DNA of 43,003 nucleotides, taken from positions 1 to 43,003 of IMG/VR virus record IMGVR_UViG_3300036833_000180. One strand, given 5' to 3'. Position numbers and translations under genes: made by a program. The DNA is from a virus. Taxonomy: Duplodnaviria > Caudoviricetes. The notes below the pieces were generated by a model, which had not been told where the DNA came from, searched no databases, and worked only from the letters and a program-made list of their open reading frames with translations. Positions 17,665-27,635 of this stretch are shown in pieces. The stretch's first letter is position 1. The number at the start of each line of letters is the position of its first letter.

Positions 17665-17887
17665 CTTTCAAAAGCTCATCGATCTGCGACACGATGATGG
17701 AAACAGTTTCGTTCCAATCCTCTTGGCGCCAGTGATATTTGATGATGCAGCCAACGACCATTGACATGGCCATCAGGAATTCGTCGGGTTTGAGTTCGGC
17801 ATCTGGAGCCATTGCCATTTTAAGAACGGCTCTGGCAAATCCGTGAGATCGTCGTACTCGCCTTTCATCATCGTTGGTTAGGGACAA
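17639..17887 (-). CDS. Hypothetical protein
   Basis: ORF in an operon; start uncertain. Confidence 0.5.
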   Translation of the reverse strand: MSLTNDDERRVRRSHGFARAVLKMAMAPDAELKPDEFLMAMSMVVGCIIKYHWRQEDWNETVSIIVSQIDELLKDDELDFDR

Positions 17888-17906
17888 AGGACTTTGATCC
17901 GTATCT

Positions 17907-18308
17907 TCATCTACGCGCCGCCAGCCAAATCAGCGGCACCACCACCACCGCCGCGTACACCCCCAATGCTGCTAGCCGATACGGGTCCGGTTCCTTCAAA
18001 ACCAGGTAAGCCACCCCGATCGCGCCGCAAACAGCGACGAGCAGGATCAGGCGCACGGCGAGGATCGCGGTAGCGATGTTGAGCCCGCCGATGACACCGG
18101 CACGCCAGGCACTGCGCTGAATAAATTCCTGCTGAAGATCAGGCGGCGTCGCCGTCCTCGCCGTCGTTGTTGAGCCACTCGCTATCTGGCTCAGGCTCGG
18201 CTCGGGCGGCGGCAACGGTGGTTCGGGCAGCCTTCTTTCGCCCACGAGGGTCATTCTTTGTGAAGGCGGCTTGATACCTGCGGACGGAAGTTCCGGCTGC
18301 TGGCTCAT
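17907..18308 (-). CDS. Membrane protein
   Basis: Pro-rich N-terminus and 2-3 C-terminal TM helices; AAGGA RBS; overlaps the upstream gene. Confidence 0.6.
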   Translation of the reverse strand: MSQQPELPSAGIKPPSQRMTLVGERRLPEPPLPPPEPSLSQIASGSTTTARTATPPDLQQEFIQRSAWRAGVIGGLNIATAILAVRLILLVAVCGAIGVAYLVLKEPDPYRLAALGVYAAVVVVPLIWLAARR

Positions 18309-18504
18309 CGAGTTTTTCCTTCCGCAAGCCGACGAACACGTACTGGATGCGGGCGATTGCCATCAATGCCTGAAAGCGATCCTTGATGGTGACATGATCG
18401 CCCTGTTCGAGCTGCTCCAGCAAGATGGAGACTTGCCGCGCCAGTCGTACATTGATGTCGTGCGGGTCGTTGTTATTCATCGGCCTACGGTCCGGGTTCA
18501 GCAT
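18139..18504 (-). CDS. Hypothetical protein
   Basis: AGGAGCACAAAATG start at 18504, after an AT-rich tract. Confidence 0.6.
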   Translation of the reverse strand: MLNPDRRPMNNNDPHDINVRLARQVSILLEQLEQGDHVTIKDRFQALMAIARIQYVFVGLRKEKLDEPAAGTSVRRYQAAFTKNDPRGRKKAARTTVAAARAEPEPDSEWLNNDGEDGDAA

Positions 18505-18600
18505 TTTGTGCTCCTGGTAATACCTCAAGTTGTTGAAAAATAATAAAAAAACCGGAAAAAAATTTTTGTTCAAAATAAGTCATTATTTTTTCTAATGACC

Positions 18601-19557
18601 TCACTGTCTCCTCGGTGGCCGTAATTTACGCTCGGCCTCGCCCTCCGCGCCGCCCGTCGTCGCACCAACGGCGGCCGGAGCCGCCCGTTCGAGCGCGCCG
18701 GCGGCTCTTGTAGCGGCTTGTTCGCCGAAAGCGCCGAGCTTACTGCCTAGCGGTGAATGATAGAACCTGATCAGCTCGGGAACGCCGACCGCCCAAAGCC
18801 AGTGCGCCGGCATGCCAAGTTGCGCTGCCAACCCGGTTACGGCCGCCGCTGTTGTCCCCCGCATGGCGTTGTTGGCGATATACCGGCCATATCTGCTGCC
18901 CATCAGCGCCCCTAATCCAGGAGCAAGTCCGGCAGTTGCTGCCCCGGTCACCGCGCCGGCGCTGGGGTCTTCGGGGTTCATCATCGCCCCGGCCGCGCCG
19001 CCCTTGGCGACATTGGTGGCGGCTTGACCCGCCCGGCCCGCGACCGTTGGAGCACCACGGACAAAACCCTGTCCGGCGATGAATTTACCCGGCAGCGTCG
19101 CCGGTCCTGCCATGAGCTGAGCCCCGCTGCCGCCCAGCCAGCCGGCGGTCTCGCCCCAGCTCTGTGACGGCTCGGCGGCAAACTCTTCCATGCGTTTGAC
19201 CCCCGGCACCTGTTCGGCCAGGTCACCCAGGCTTTGCCGCATCGAGGGATCAATAAGGCCGAGAGCGGCATTGGCGGCGCGCGGAATGCCGGTCGCCGTG
19301 CCGGCCAGCGACTTGGCGACGCCGCGGCCCATTTCTCGTTCGGTGTCGGCGAGCGGATCGTGCGCGCCAACAAAACTGTGAACCGCTTCGAGCCCGCGGG
19401 TGATCGGGCCTTGCGTTCCCGGTGGCATCGGGGCGGCGGGAGTGGTGCCGGTCGGCATCGTGCCGCTCGGCGTGGGCGCAGCGCTCTTTGGCTTCTGAGC
19501 GCCGGGCGGGGCTTGGTCGCCGTACAACAACTTGTCGAATTCGGGATCACGGGGCAC
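18601..19557 (-). CDS. Putative internal virion / DNA-ejection protein
   Basis: Ala/Gly-rich with hydrophobic segments; last of the large genes after the tail module; GTG start reassigned. Confidence 0.55.
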   Translation of the reverse strand: MPRDPEFDKLLYGDQAPPGAQKPKSAAPTPSGTMPTGTTPAAPMPPGTQGPITRGLEAVHSFVGAHDPLADTEREMGRGVAKSLAGTATGIPRAANAALGLIDPSMRQSLGDLAEQVPGVKRMEEFAAEPSQSWGETAGWLGGSGAQLMAGPATLPGKFIAGQGFVRGAPTVAGRAGQAATNVAKGGAAGAMMNPEDPSAGAVTGAATAGLAPGLGALMGSRYGRYIANNAMRGTTAAAVTGLAAQLGMPAHWLWAVGVPELIRFYHSPLGSKLGAFGEQAATRAAGALERAAPAAVGATTGGAEGEAERKLRPPRRQ

Positions 19558-21769
19558 CTTCGTCAACTCCCGGAATAGGATCGGTAATGCCAATGATCGG
19601 CGGCACACGCTGCAGGTATTCCCGAGCTTGTTGGCGTTTGTCGGGGTCGGGGCTGGATGCGAGTTCTTGGTATTTACGCGACAGCGCGAAAATCGTTTTC
19701 ATCGGCAGCGGCGTGCGGGTTTCGTCTTCCAACAAGTCTTTCCGCCGCTTCGATGGATCGACACCGATCGCCCGGACCTCGGGCTGAGCGTCGGGCGGCG
19801 GCTCGCCGGTTTTAGTGTTCATCCTGACAATGTCGCGGAATACCCGCATGTTGTGCGGGTCGTTGCCGGGCAACAGCTCGCGACGATTGGTGGAGCTTTC
19901 ATAATCGCCCTGATAGTGTTCTAAAATCCGGTACGACGAAATCAAATCCGGGGCGATGGCGCCGCGCACTTGCATCGGCGTTGCCGTGCTGCCGAGATTT
20001 TGAATTTTCGCCATCAGGGTGGTCACCCGCGGCGTGCCGGTAAGGCTGGCCACCGCCTGCACATGCTGCTCCAAGTCAAAGATGGCATCGAATGCGACCT
20101 TGAACCTGTCATCGTTGCCGAGCAGCCCGGCGGTCCATTGCTGCAATTTGTTCTGTATAACGCTGGCGTCCTCATCAAAGACGTTAAGATTTTTATAAAC
20201 ATTGATCGCGGCCTGCGGGATTTGCGAAGCGCGGTCGACCACCTTTCTTTCGTTGCTGTCTTTGTTGAACCAGCGCTGCGCGTTGGCAAAATTGCCGGGC
20301 TTGTAGCGCGGGTCGTAGGCTTGTGCCGCCGCGTCCCAGCGCTTGCCCTCTTCGGATTTTGGATCAACCTGATAAGTGGTCACGGCACGCAAGATGCCGG
20401 GCAGCTCTTGATCGATTTTGGCAAGACGGGCGTCCTTGTCGGCGAGTTTTTGTTGCATGCTCTTGTTGGGATCGGGATCCTGGACCTGCACGGCTTTCCT
20501 GGTCTCGGCATCGAGCCCGCGCGCCATCTGATCGATCTTGCCGGCATTGACCGGGTCGACCTTGTTGAGCCGATCGAGGCCGAGGACGTTACGGCCTTTG
20601 AAGATTTCGCGGGCGGTGTCCTGCGCCTCCTTGGGCAGGGCGTTGAACACAGACAGGTCGCCAGTCAGTGGCGCTGCCTCCGGTGCTGCTCGCGGCGTTT
20701 CCACATCGAGCCGGCCGCCGCCCATGCCCGCGGTGTCGGAACCGGTGCCGGGACCAAAGCCGAACTGTTTGCGAATTTCATCCCTGCCATCGGTGTCGAG
20801 CGCCTTGCGCAGCTGCACCTCGGAGGCGTGCGACCGGCGCCAGTTGGCGTCCTCGATCTGATACAGCTTGTAAACGCCGGCGGTGCCATGATCGCGAAGA
20901 ATAGGCAGGTAGTTGTCGTGTTGGCTGTTGATGAGGTAGTCGCGCATCATGTCCATGGCTTGCTGATGCGTGATTAGGTTCGCTTGCTCCATCTTGGCGA
21001 TGCGATTGACTCCTGACAAATCTTGCTGGTGCAGTTCATTGGCTTGGCGTTGTTGCTCCAGCCATTCGTATTGGCGGATTTGCAAACCGCGCAATGCAGC
21101 GGTGCTGTAGCTTTGGCTGAATTTTCCTTTCGAGAAAGCGTCGGCAATGGCGGCCAACGGGTTCAACAACACATTGGCTTGGCTGTAAGCGTCGGCGACC
21201 GGCCTGGAAGCCCAGCGCGCGCTCTGTGAATTGGCATCGAGGGCATTGCCGTAGGCTTCTTGCGGCGACGGCATGTCGGGACCGGGCGCGACGCCGGGAT
21301 AAGCTTGTGCCGCCTTGGTCGCAAACCAGTCGTCGCCAGACTGGGTCACGGGGCGGTGCGGCGGCGGCCGGTAGATCGCCGGCGGGTTGACCTTGTAGTC
21401 CGGCAGCGGAGCGATCGGCGCCTCTGTGGCCGGCGCCGGCCCCTGGCCGGTGGTATCGGTTGCTTGCGGAGTGCCCTCTTCGGCCAGCGCCAGCTTGGTC
21501 GGGTCTTTTTCTGCTTCGTCAGGAGGCGCACCAACTTGTGGGACGGCCGGATTGGTGAGTGCCACCTGTGCCGGGTTAGTTGGACCAAGACGGGCGAACG
21601 CGACACCTGGTCCCTGTTGCGGCGGCACCGGTTGCTGCGCCTGCCGCGCCTGTTGCTCGCGCGCCAATAGCTCCTCGCGCGTCGGCTGGGTCGGATCGAG
21701 CGACACCTGCGACGGCCGTTCCGGCGTTAGCGCGGCGTCGTTGGCGAGGTCTTGCAGGCTCATGTCCAA
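19547..21769 (-). CDS. Putative internal virion / DNA-ejection protein
   Basis: 740 aa, helical, with a Pro/Gln-rich N-terminus; position matches podovirus ejection proteins. Confidence 0.6.
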   Translation of the reverse strand: MDMSLQDLANDAALTPERPSQVSLDPTQPTREELLAREQQARQAQQPVPPQQGPGVAFARLGPTNPAQVALTNPAVPQVGAPPDEAEKDPTKLALAEEGTPQATDTTGQGPAPATEAPIAPLPDYKVNPPAIYRPPPHRPVTQSGDDWFATKAAQAYPGVAPGPDMPSPQEAYGNALDANSQSARWASRPVADAYSQANVLLNPLAAIADAFSKGKFSQSYSTAALRGLQIRQYEWLEQQRQANELHQQDLSGVNRIAKMEQANLITHQQAMDMMRDYLINSQHDNYLPILRDHGTAGVYKLYQIEDANWRRSHASEVQLRKALDTDGRDEIRKQFGFGPGTGSDTAGMGGGRLDVETPRAAPEAAPLTGDLSVFNALPKEAQDTAREIFKGRNVLGLDRLNKVDPVNAGKIDQMARGLDAETRKAVQVQDPDPNKSMQQKLADKDARLAKIDQELPGILRAVTTYQVDPKSEEGKRWDAAAQAYDPRYKPGNFANAQRWFNKDSNERKVVDRASQIPQAAINVYKNLNVFDEDASVIQNKLQQWTAGLLGNDDRFKVAFDAIFDLEQHVQAVASLTGTPRVTTLMAKIQNLGSTATPMQVRGAIAPDLISSYRILEHYQGDYESSTNRRELLPGNDPHNMRVFRDIVRMNTKTGEPPPDAQPEVRAIGVDPSKRRKDLLEDETRTPLPMKTIFALSRKYQELASSPDPDKRQQAREYLQRVPPIIGITDPIPGVDEGAP

Positions 21770-21788
21770 TAATTACCTTTCACAGCCT

Positions 21789-22247
21789 TTAAGTGCGTGA
21801 CCACTTACGCCATTGTTCGCGTTTCCGCTTGACTTCAGCCGCGAACCGCTTGGCTTCAGTCGCGAAACAGGCTTCGTCATCGTAAGATTGCTGTACTTGT
21901 GCGTAGTCCCAAAACGCTCGCGGTTGTTCGCCCAACGTCCTGCCCGGTGCGTAGTACTCAAACGGCATGATCGGCCATGCGAACGCAGCCACGGGCGACA
22001 GAACGAGCGCGGCTATTGTCATCGTTAGTGTCTTCATTTTGCTCTCCTCATGCGACATCACGTGGTGATCGGTCGACCGGACCATACCATTGTGGCGGCG
22101 GGTCCATTCTGGGTACCACATCAGTTGCTCGCTCCATCCGGCGACGAGATGAGGCCATGGCTGCAGTGGCATGAGCTTTTGTACTGCTATGACAACAAAT
22201 AAGATCGAGAATGCTGCGATCCCGATCCAGATGGGATTGACTTTCAT
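21789..22247 (-). CDS. Moron-like membrane or secreted protein(s); second in-frame start at 22037
   Basis: AGGAGAGCAAAA precedes both ATG 22247 (TM N-terminus) and ATG 22037 (signal peptide MKTLTMTIAALVLSPVAAFA). Confidence 0.6.
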   Translation of the reverse strand: MKVNPIWIGIAAFSILFVVIAVQKLMPLQPWPHLVAGWSEQLMWYPEWTRRHNGMVRSTDHHVMSHEESKMKTLTMTIAALVLSPVAAFAWPIMPFEYYAPGRTLGEQPRAFWDYAQVQQSYDDEACFATEAKRFAAEVKRKREQWRKWSRT

Positions 22248-22278
22248 TTTTGCTCTCCTTTGGTTTTACTTTAAAGGC

Positions 22279-24393
22279 TCATGGTACGTAGGGCGGTGAG
22301 AGTTGCAATGCGCGGCGGATCACTTGTTGTAGGTCACGGTCAATTTCCCACTTTGGCGCTGTGACTGGTCCTCTGGGTGACTGTGAATACAGTGCCTGCA
22401 CCATCGGATCATCGCGTGACGGAGAACGCATAATTTCGCGCTCATTGGCGCGCGGGTCGAAGTACGGACCTACTGCGTTTGAAGCCAACCTGTCGTAGGG
22501 AAGCGCGCTCAATTCCTTTTCTGTCATCGCGCTAGGCGCAATATTCGTGGACGGACGCGCCTGCCGCTCGAACTGCTGCCAGTTCGTGGGAGTTTGATTG
22601 ATCATGTTTAGCATTGCATAGGCGTCGGAAGTTTGCGGGTCGTAATCCCAGTCGCCGGGAGTAGTGAAGCGTTGTGGCTCGGCCGAACTGCGTGGTGCGG
22701 CGTTCGGTGTTCGCCAGCGGCCGGCTTCGTTGCTGTAGCGGATGAAATTCTGATCGCTCGGCCGCAAACCTCTGGCGCTCAACCACTCGGCATAGCTGGG
22801 CGGGCGCGATTGGGGCGCAGCTCCCGCACCAGCAGGCGCCGGGGCGGCCGCGCCTCCACCAGGAGCCGGAGCGGCGCTGCTGGAGCCGGACGGATAGCCT
22901 CGTTCGGCGTTGAAGCGCTCGCGGTTTTGCGGAGTGTCGGGCAAGCGGTTGCCGGCGCGCCAGTTTTCATAACCAGCGCGCCACTGCACCCGCTCTTGCA
23001 CGGTTTGCGGGGCATTCTGGGAAGGAGCTTGGGCTGTCGGGGCATTCTGAGGAGCGGGTTGGCCGGTCGTAAAGCCGGTAGTGCCGCGCGGCACGCCAGT
23101 TTGATATTGATAGGCCCTGGCGGTCGACGCCGTTTGCGGCGGCACGCCGGCAATGAGGTTGCCGGCTCGAATTTCCGCCGGTCCCATGCCGCGATTGCCT
23201 GAAAGCTGCCCCGCAGCCTGTCCGGGGTCCATAAAACCGCGTGCGGTGGCCAATTCAGCCGGGGTAGGCGGCGTTGGATATCCTCTTCCGATCATATTTT
23301 GCGCGCTCGGAACGCCGAGCTGACCCGTCAGCGCGCGAATTCCCGCGGTGAAGGCCCCGGAATAATCGCCGCGCATCAGCTTGCCGATGGCGCTGTCCGG
23401 ATCGGCCTGCCACCCCCCGGCCGGTGTATTTCCAGAAACGGTGGCGGATTGTGGCGAAACTGTGGCAGGGGCCGGCGCAGGCTCGACCGCAGGCGGGCCG
23501 ACCGCGGTGACTGCCGGCCGCAAGCCAGCCTCCGGCACCGGCCCGCCCATGCGGCCCGGTATTGGGTCGCGCCACTCCCGTGCGGTTGGCACTGGCGGCG
23601 GTGTCGGAGCCGCCTCGGCGGCGTCGCCGCTGGAGGTTGGGGCGGGTTCCTCCGGTCGGCGCGCGGCGGGAGCCTCTTCGGGCTGGGGCGGTGGCGCAGG
23701 AGGCACCTCAGGCGGCGGTGTAGTGGCCGCTGATGGCGTCGGCTCGGCGGGCTTGATCGCACCACCACCGCCGCTATCGCCTCTGGGCGGGGCTGGCTGT
23801 GGCGCTGGAGCGGGTGCTGGCGCGGGAGCTGGGGGCGGTGCAGCCGCGGCGGACGGCGAATAGGGCGGCAACGGCGACATCGGCGAGCCCTGATAGCCGG
23901 GCTGGGTGGTGTAGGTGTTGCCGTAGGGATCCCGGCCGCCCTGTCCGCCGGCGCCTCCGGCCGCGGGCCAGGCGGGGCTGCCGGCCGGTGTTGCTCCGGC
24001 GCGGTTCGCGACATTCCCCAACGAACTGGCATTGGCGGCCGAACCAAACAGTGCCTCGCCGATTTTTTGAATACCTTGAGCCCAAGGCGGCGCTGCTGTG
24101 CCGGATGGCTGGCCGGTCGGCGATGATGGCGGCGTTACGGTCGAGGCATAGAGCCCCTGATATTGCGCCTGTGTGCCAGGATCGTTCGGCCCGCCGACAA
24201 CCGCGGCCGGGGCGCCGCCGCCGGCAGTGCCGCCGCCCATGGCATTGTCGACGAATTGCGCGCTATCGCCGCCCGGCGTCGCCGCATTGCCAACGAAAGT
24301 ATTGCCGGCGGTCTGCGCCAGCGGCTGATCGGCACCCAATTGGGCGTTGCCGCCACCACCACCGCCACCACCACCACCACCGCCGCCAGCCAT
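22279..24393 (-). CDS. Low-complexity Pro/Gly/Ala-rich putative internal virion protein
   Basis: 704 aa with poly-Gly and PAPA tracts; TGATG-coupled to the upstream gene. Confidence 0.65.
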   Translation of the reverse strand: MAGGGGGGGGGGGGGNAQLGADQPLAQTAGNTFVGNAATPGGDSAQFVDNAMGGGTAGGGAPAAVVGGPNDPGTQAQYQGLYASTVTPPSSPTGQPSGTAAPPWAQGIQKIGEALFGSAANASSLGNVANRAGATPAGSPAWPAAGGAGGQGGRDPYGNTYTTQPGYQGSPMSPLPPYSPSAAAAPPPAPAPAPAPAPQPAPPRGDSGGGGAIKPAEPTPSAATTPPPEVPPAPPPQPEEAPAARRPEEPAPTSSGDAAEAAPTPPPVPTAREWRDPIPGRMGGPVPEAGLRPAVTAVGPPAVEPAPAPATVSPQSATVSGNTPAGGWQADPDSAIGKLMRGDYSGAFTAGIRALTGQLGVPSAQNMIGRGYPTPPTPAELATARGFMDPGQAAGQLSGNRGMGPAEIRAGNLIAGVPPQTASTARAYQYQTGVPRGTTGFTTGQPAPQNAPTAQAPSQNAPQTVQERVQWRAGYENWRAGNRLPDTPQNRERFNAERGYPSGSSSAAPAPGGGAAAPAPAGAGAAPQSRPPSYAEWLSARGLRPSDQNFIRYSNEAGRWRTPNAAPRSSAEPQRFTTPGDWDYDPQTSDAYAMLNMINQTPTNWQQFERQARPSTNIAPSAMTEKELSALPYDRLASNAVGPYFDPRANEREIMRSPSRDDPMVQALYSQSPRGPVTAPKWEIDRDLQQVIRRALQLSPPYVP

Positions 24394-24890
24394 CAGATGC
24401 CTCCAATGAGCGATCCAGCGCCGGCTGCCACTTGGCCCTTGGCTTGCTGTGCGCCGACCTCGGCCTGTGTCGTCTCACTCAAGTCCTGGAATTGACCCTC
24501 GCCCAGCACGCCCTGGAATTGTTGTGGAATGCCACCGGTCAGGCTGGGCGCAGCACCGATGTCCATCAGGTAGCCGGTCGGGCCGGTCGGGCCGGAGGCG
24601 GGAGTGCCGGGGGTGGCAGCGCCACCAAAAGCACCACCGAAACCGGGAGTGCCGGGACTGCCGGGGCTGGCAGGCGTGCCGGGGGTGGTCGGCGTGGTGC
24701 CGCTGCCGGGCACGCCGGCAACCGCTCCCGTTGTTGGACCGGATGGCAGCGCTCCGGTTCCGCCCAGCCCGAGCTGCTTGTAGCGGTTGGTCATGTCCTG
24801 GATGGAGAGCTGCGTGCCGAACATGGCGTTCTGAATGTCCGAACCCTGAATTTGACCGGGCTGGCCGCCGCCGCCTAAACCGCCGCCCAT
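24393..24890 (-). CDS. Gly-rich virion protein (ejection/pilot-like)
   Basis: TGATG overlaps on both sides; GGGAGG RBS. Confidence 0.65.
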   Translation of the reverse strand: MGGGLGGGGQPGQIQGSDIQNAMFGTQLSIQDMTNRYKQLGLGGTGALPSGPTTGAVAGVPGSGTTPTTPGTPASPGSPGTPGFGGAFGGAATPGTPASGPTGPTGYLMDIGAAPSLTGGIPQQFQGVLGEGQFQDLSETTQAEVGAQQAKGQVAAGAGSLIGGI

Positions 24891-25309
24891 CAGATCCCTC
24901 CCGCCAGCTTGGTGATGCCGCCGAGCGCGCTGCCGATGCCGCCCAAGGTCGCGCCCAGCGCACCCTTCTGCGCGTTGGCGAATTGCTGCGAGGCCGACTT
25001 CATGGCGTCGTCAATCCGCATGGTCTGCAGCACGTCGCCGGCCAGCGCGCCGACATTGGCTTGGGTGCCCATGGTCGACTGTCCGGTGCCGGAAGAGAAG
25101 GCCTGTTGATTGCCGACGACGTTCTCGCCGCCGGTGTAGCCGGTCCAAGCCGCCTCTTGCGGCGACACCGAGCCTTCCGCCGGCAGACCAAACAAAGCGC
25201 CGACACTGGAGCCGGCGCCGCCAAACCCCAACGGGGTCTGACTGGTGACACCGCTGGTGTTGCTGCTGGGGCCAAAGGGGGTGCCGCCGCCTGAGGTCTC
25301 ACCGCTCAT
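24890..25309 (-). CDS. Gly-rich virion protein (ejection/pilot-like)
   Basis: C-terminal GALGATLGGIGSALGG, typical of podovirus pilot proteins. Confidence 0.65.
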   Translation of the reverse strand: MSGETSGGGTPFGPSSNTSGVTSQTPLGFGGAGSSVGALFGLPAEGSVSPQEAAWTGYTGGENVVGNQQAFSSGTGQSTMGTQANVGALAGDVLQTMRIDDAMKSASQQFANAQKGALGATLGGIGSALGGITKLAGGI

Positions 25310-25709
25310 AGTGCAGCCTGATGGTAAAGCGCGGGCTCAACTCGGTGGCGCCGACGCGGCGGCAAAACGCCGTCAAGTCGCTGTCGGTCTCGGATGAGCA
25401 GCGCCACGCTACGCAGCGGCGCGAGTGTGCCCATGCCACCGAGGCCCGCATCAGCTTTAGCGCTTCGAAGCCGGCGCCGTCGTCGGCGCAAATAAAAACA
25501 ATGCTGGCTTCAAACTCGGTCGGCACCCACGGCAAGGTCGTCAGCATCGAAATGCAGAACGCATTGTCGGTGCGCTGCGGCAGGTACAACAGCGGATTTT
25601 TCAGAACCTGATTGCGAAACCACAGCTCGGTCGAGAGCGCGTCGTACTTGTGAGAATATTTTTTGCGACAGAGACCAAACAACCAAGGCACGTCGGTCTC
25701 GGTGAGCAC
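25299..25709 (-). CDS. GNAT-like protein of the virion module
   Basis: ALKLMRASVAWAHSR...AFCRRVGA pattern; position before the ejection genes; start uncertain. Confidence 0.5.
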   Translation of the reverse strand: MLTETDVPWLFGLCRKKYSHKYDALSTELWFRNQVLKNPLLYLPQRTDNAFCISMLTTLPWVPTEFEASIVFICADDGAGFEALKLMRASVAWAHSRRCVAWRCSSETDSDLTAFCRRVGATELSPRFTIRLHYER

Positions 25710-25717
25710 GCGCGGCT

Positions 25718-26455
25718 CTACCAGAACGGAAACACCACCGGCGCTCGGCTCACCCACCACCACGGATTGGAGACCGTTGCCTCGCCAGGCGGCGTGCCTG
25801 CTGTCGTTGGCGCCGTGGTCGGCAAGGGCAACACCGCGTTGTTCGCTACCAGGTGCTGCTGGTGGTTCACGAACATCCACCATGATCGGTTCTCCGGGCT
25901 ACCCCCATTGCCTTCTAGCAAAATCTGCGCCTGAGGAATACCGAAGGTACCGCCGTCGAGCGCGTTGGCCTGCGTGTAAGGCGGATGGGTGATGGTAAGC
26001 GCGACGCCAGACAGTTTTGTTGCAACGCTGGTACTGTACGTGCCATTGCCGCCAGTCGTGCCACTCTTCTGACTGACGATGGTGGTGCTGGCCGGAACAC
26101 CGACACCGGCAACGGTCGCATCAATCATGATAGTTCCGGTCACGCCCGTCATGACCAAGTCAGTTGTCGCGTTTGATGTCCCGGTGCCGTGAGCCGCGGC
26201 CGGGGTGATGACCCGCGTGGTATAGCCGTCGGCGTAGGTGGATGGCAGGTCGCGATTGAAATCATTATGCGACTGTTGATGACGCAAGTTCCACGGCCAT
26301 GCCGGCTGATTTGCATCGAGGGTAGGATCGAGCAGATAAGGCAGAATGGAAAATCCTGTCAGCTCCGCCATCACCGCAAAATACTGGCGGGTCTGCATCA
26401 TGTGCTCGAAATTATAAATCGGATCGTCGGGGTTGAGCAGGACGGCGAGCGGCAT
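25718..26455 (-). CDS. Virion-module protein with an inserted Thr/Gly-rich module
   Basis: HQQSH and HQQH motifs flank a ~70-aa module shared with 4569-5339 and 31141-32175. Confidence 0.7.
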   Translation of the reverse strand: MPLAVLLNPDDPIYNFEHMMQTRQYFAVMAELTGFSILPYLLDPTLDANQPAWPWNLRHQQSHNDFNRDLPSTYADGYTTRVITPAAAHGTGTSNATTDLVMTGVTGTIMIDATVAGVGVPASTTIVSQKSGTTGGNGTYSTSVATKLSGVALTITHPPYTQANALDGGTFGIPQAQILLEGNGGSPENRSWWMFVNHQQHLVANNAVLPLPTTAPTTAGTPPGEATVSNPWWWVSRAPVVFPFW

Positions 26456-26457
26456 CG

Positions 26458-26781
26458 TCAGTCCCCGCGTCGCTTACTCCGGCGTGTTTCACGTGAAACA
26501 AGCGTGCTCGCTTCTTGCGGTGGCGCGCGTTCGTTGTGTGACCCGATCGGGTCAAACCCTCTTGGACTTACGCGATCCATACCGAAGTCGGAGACCGCCC
26601 CGCCGCGGAGTGCGCCCCTTGGGCCGATCCTCGGCTCCGTCCCCAGCCGCAAAGGCCCGGCGAGTGAGCGATCGGATTTCAGGGTTGCGTCCGGGGTCTG
26701 AAAAAAGCCCGTTGGACTGGTTCGATCCGAGCCGTCCGAAACCCGCTGTCTCGGCCATGGTGCCTGACTTTCTTTGCTCAT
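26458..26781 (-). CDS. Basic low-complexity protein
   Basis: Arg/Pro/Gly-rich, ending RRSKRRGD; ATGA overlap with VRR-NUC. Confidence 0.6.
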   Translation of the reverse strand: MSKESQAPWPRQRVSDGSDRTSPTGFFQTPDATLKSDRSLAGPLRLGTEPRIGPRGALRGGAVSDFGMDRVSPRGFDPIGSHNERAPPQEASTLVSRETRRSKRRGD

Positions 26782-27236
26782 AAGCCTATGTCCATTTGAC
26801 GTAGGTCTCCGGCGATCTTGCTTTCAGAGACCTTGGCATTCCGATGGGGAATGTTGGCATAATCCAAAGCTTGAACGACATCGTTGACGGTGCGACAAAC
26901 AAAAACTCGAACGCCCACGGCTTGCAATTTGGCAAACATGGTGCGCTGTGCGGACGTTGGCGCGTTGGCTCCGACTTTCAGTTCAATGCCGATGACAGCC
27001 GTTCGTCGCGGCTGTTCGACGCGATTGAAAACCAAAATGTCCGGCATGCCCTTTTTCATGCCGCTGGCATAGAGCCGGCCGGCGGTTGCTTTGGAGAGCT
27101 TGCCCCAACCGGCCGGGAACGTGGTGAACATCGCTGGAGGTAGCAGTATCCAGTCGAGCAGCTCAGCCACGGACACATGCAGTTCGCTCTCCTTGGGGGA
27201 GTGCGGCAGGTTAAATGGTCGAGATTTGTTCGGCAT
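26778..27236 (-). CDS. VRR-NUC domain nuclease (resolvase-like)
   Basis: E.ELH..V...[12 protein letters not shown]...IELK....PTSAQR, a PD-(D/E)xK motif. Confidence 0.88.
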   Translation of the reverse strand: MPNKSRPFNLPHSPKESELHVSVAELLDWILLPPAMFTTFPAGWGKLSKATAGRLYASGMKKGMPDILVFNRVEQPRRTAVIGIELKVGANAPTSAQRTMFAKLQAVGVRVFVCRTVNDVVQALDYANIPHRNAKVSESKIAGDLRQMDIGL

Positions 27237-27314
27237 TGTGGTAGGTTAGCGCAGCGGTCGGGCGCGATCAACGCCCGGCCGCCACTGAACATCCAACCTG
27301 CTGTGGAGGTCGCG

Positions 27315-27635
27315 ATGCCTGCCTGGAATACTACACATGGTCAGTCAACCGTTCCAACCAGAGCCTACAAAAGTTGGGGCGGGATGCTGCAACGTTGCAA
27401 CAACCCGAATAGCCCAAATTACGTTTACTACGGTGGGCGCGGCATCAAGGTTTGCGACCGCTGGCGGAAGTTCGTGAATTTTTTTGCAGACATGGGCGAG
27501 CGTCCACCAGGGATGCTTCTTGACCGGATTAACAACGACGGCGATTACGAACCGGGAAATTGCCGGTGGGCGACACACCTACAGCAGAACGGTAATCGCC
27601 GTTCAATTCGGAAACTCACCGCCGCGCTCCTCTGA
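27315..27635 (+). CDS. HNH-type homing endonuclease-like protein, antisense to the late operon
   Basis: Same family signature as 11553-11852; GGAGGT RBS before ATG 27315. Confidence 0.85.
   Translation: MPAWNTTHGQSTVPTRAYKSWGGMLQRCNNPNSPNYVYYGGRGIKVCDRWRKFVNFFADMGERPPGMLLDRINNDGDYEPGNCRWATHLQQNGNRRSIRKLTAALL

Noticed and set aside
18139-18504. Small terminase assignment for this ORF or for 39262-39492
   Set aside because: There is no recognisable motif support, so both are left as hypothetical.
24348-24390. CCA/CCG trinucleotide run
   Set aside because: It simply encodes the N-terminal poly-Gly of the 704-aa protein.
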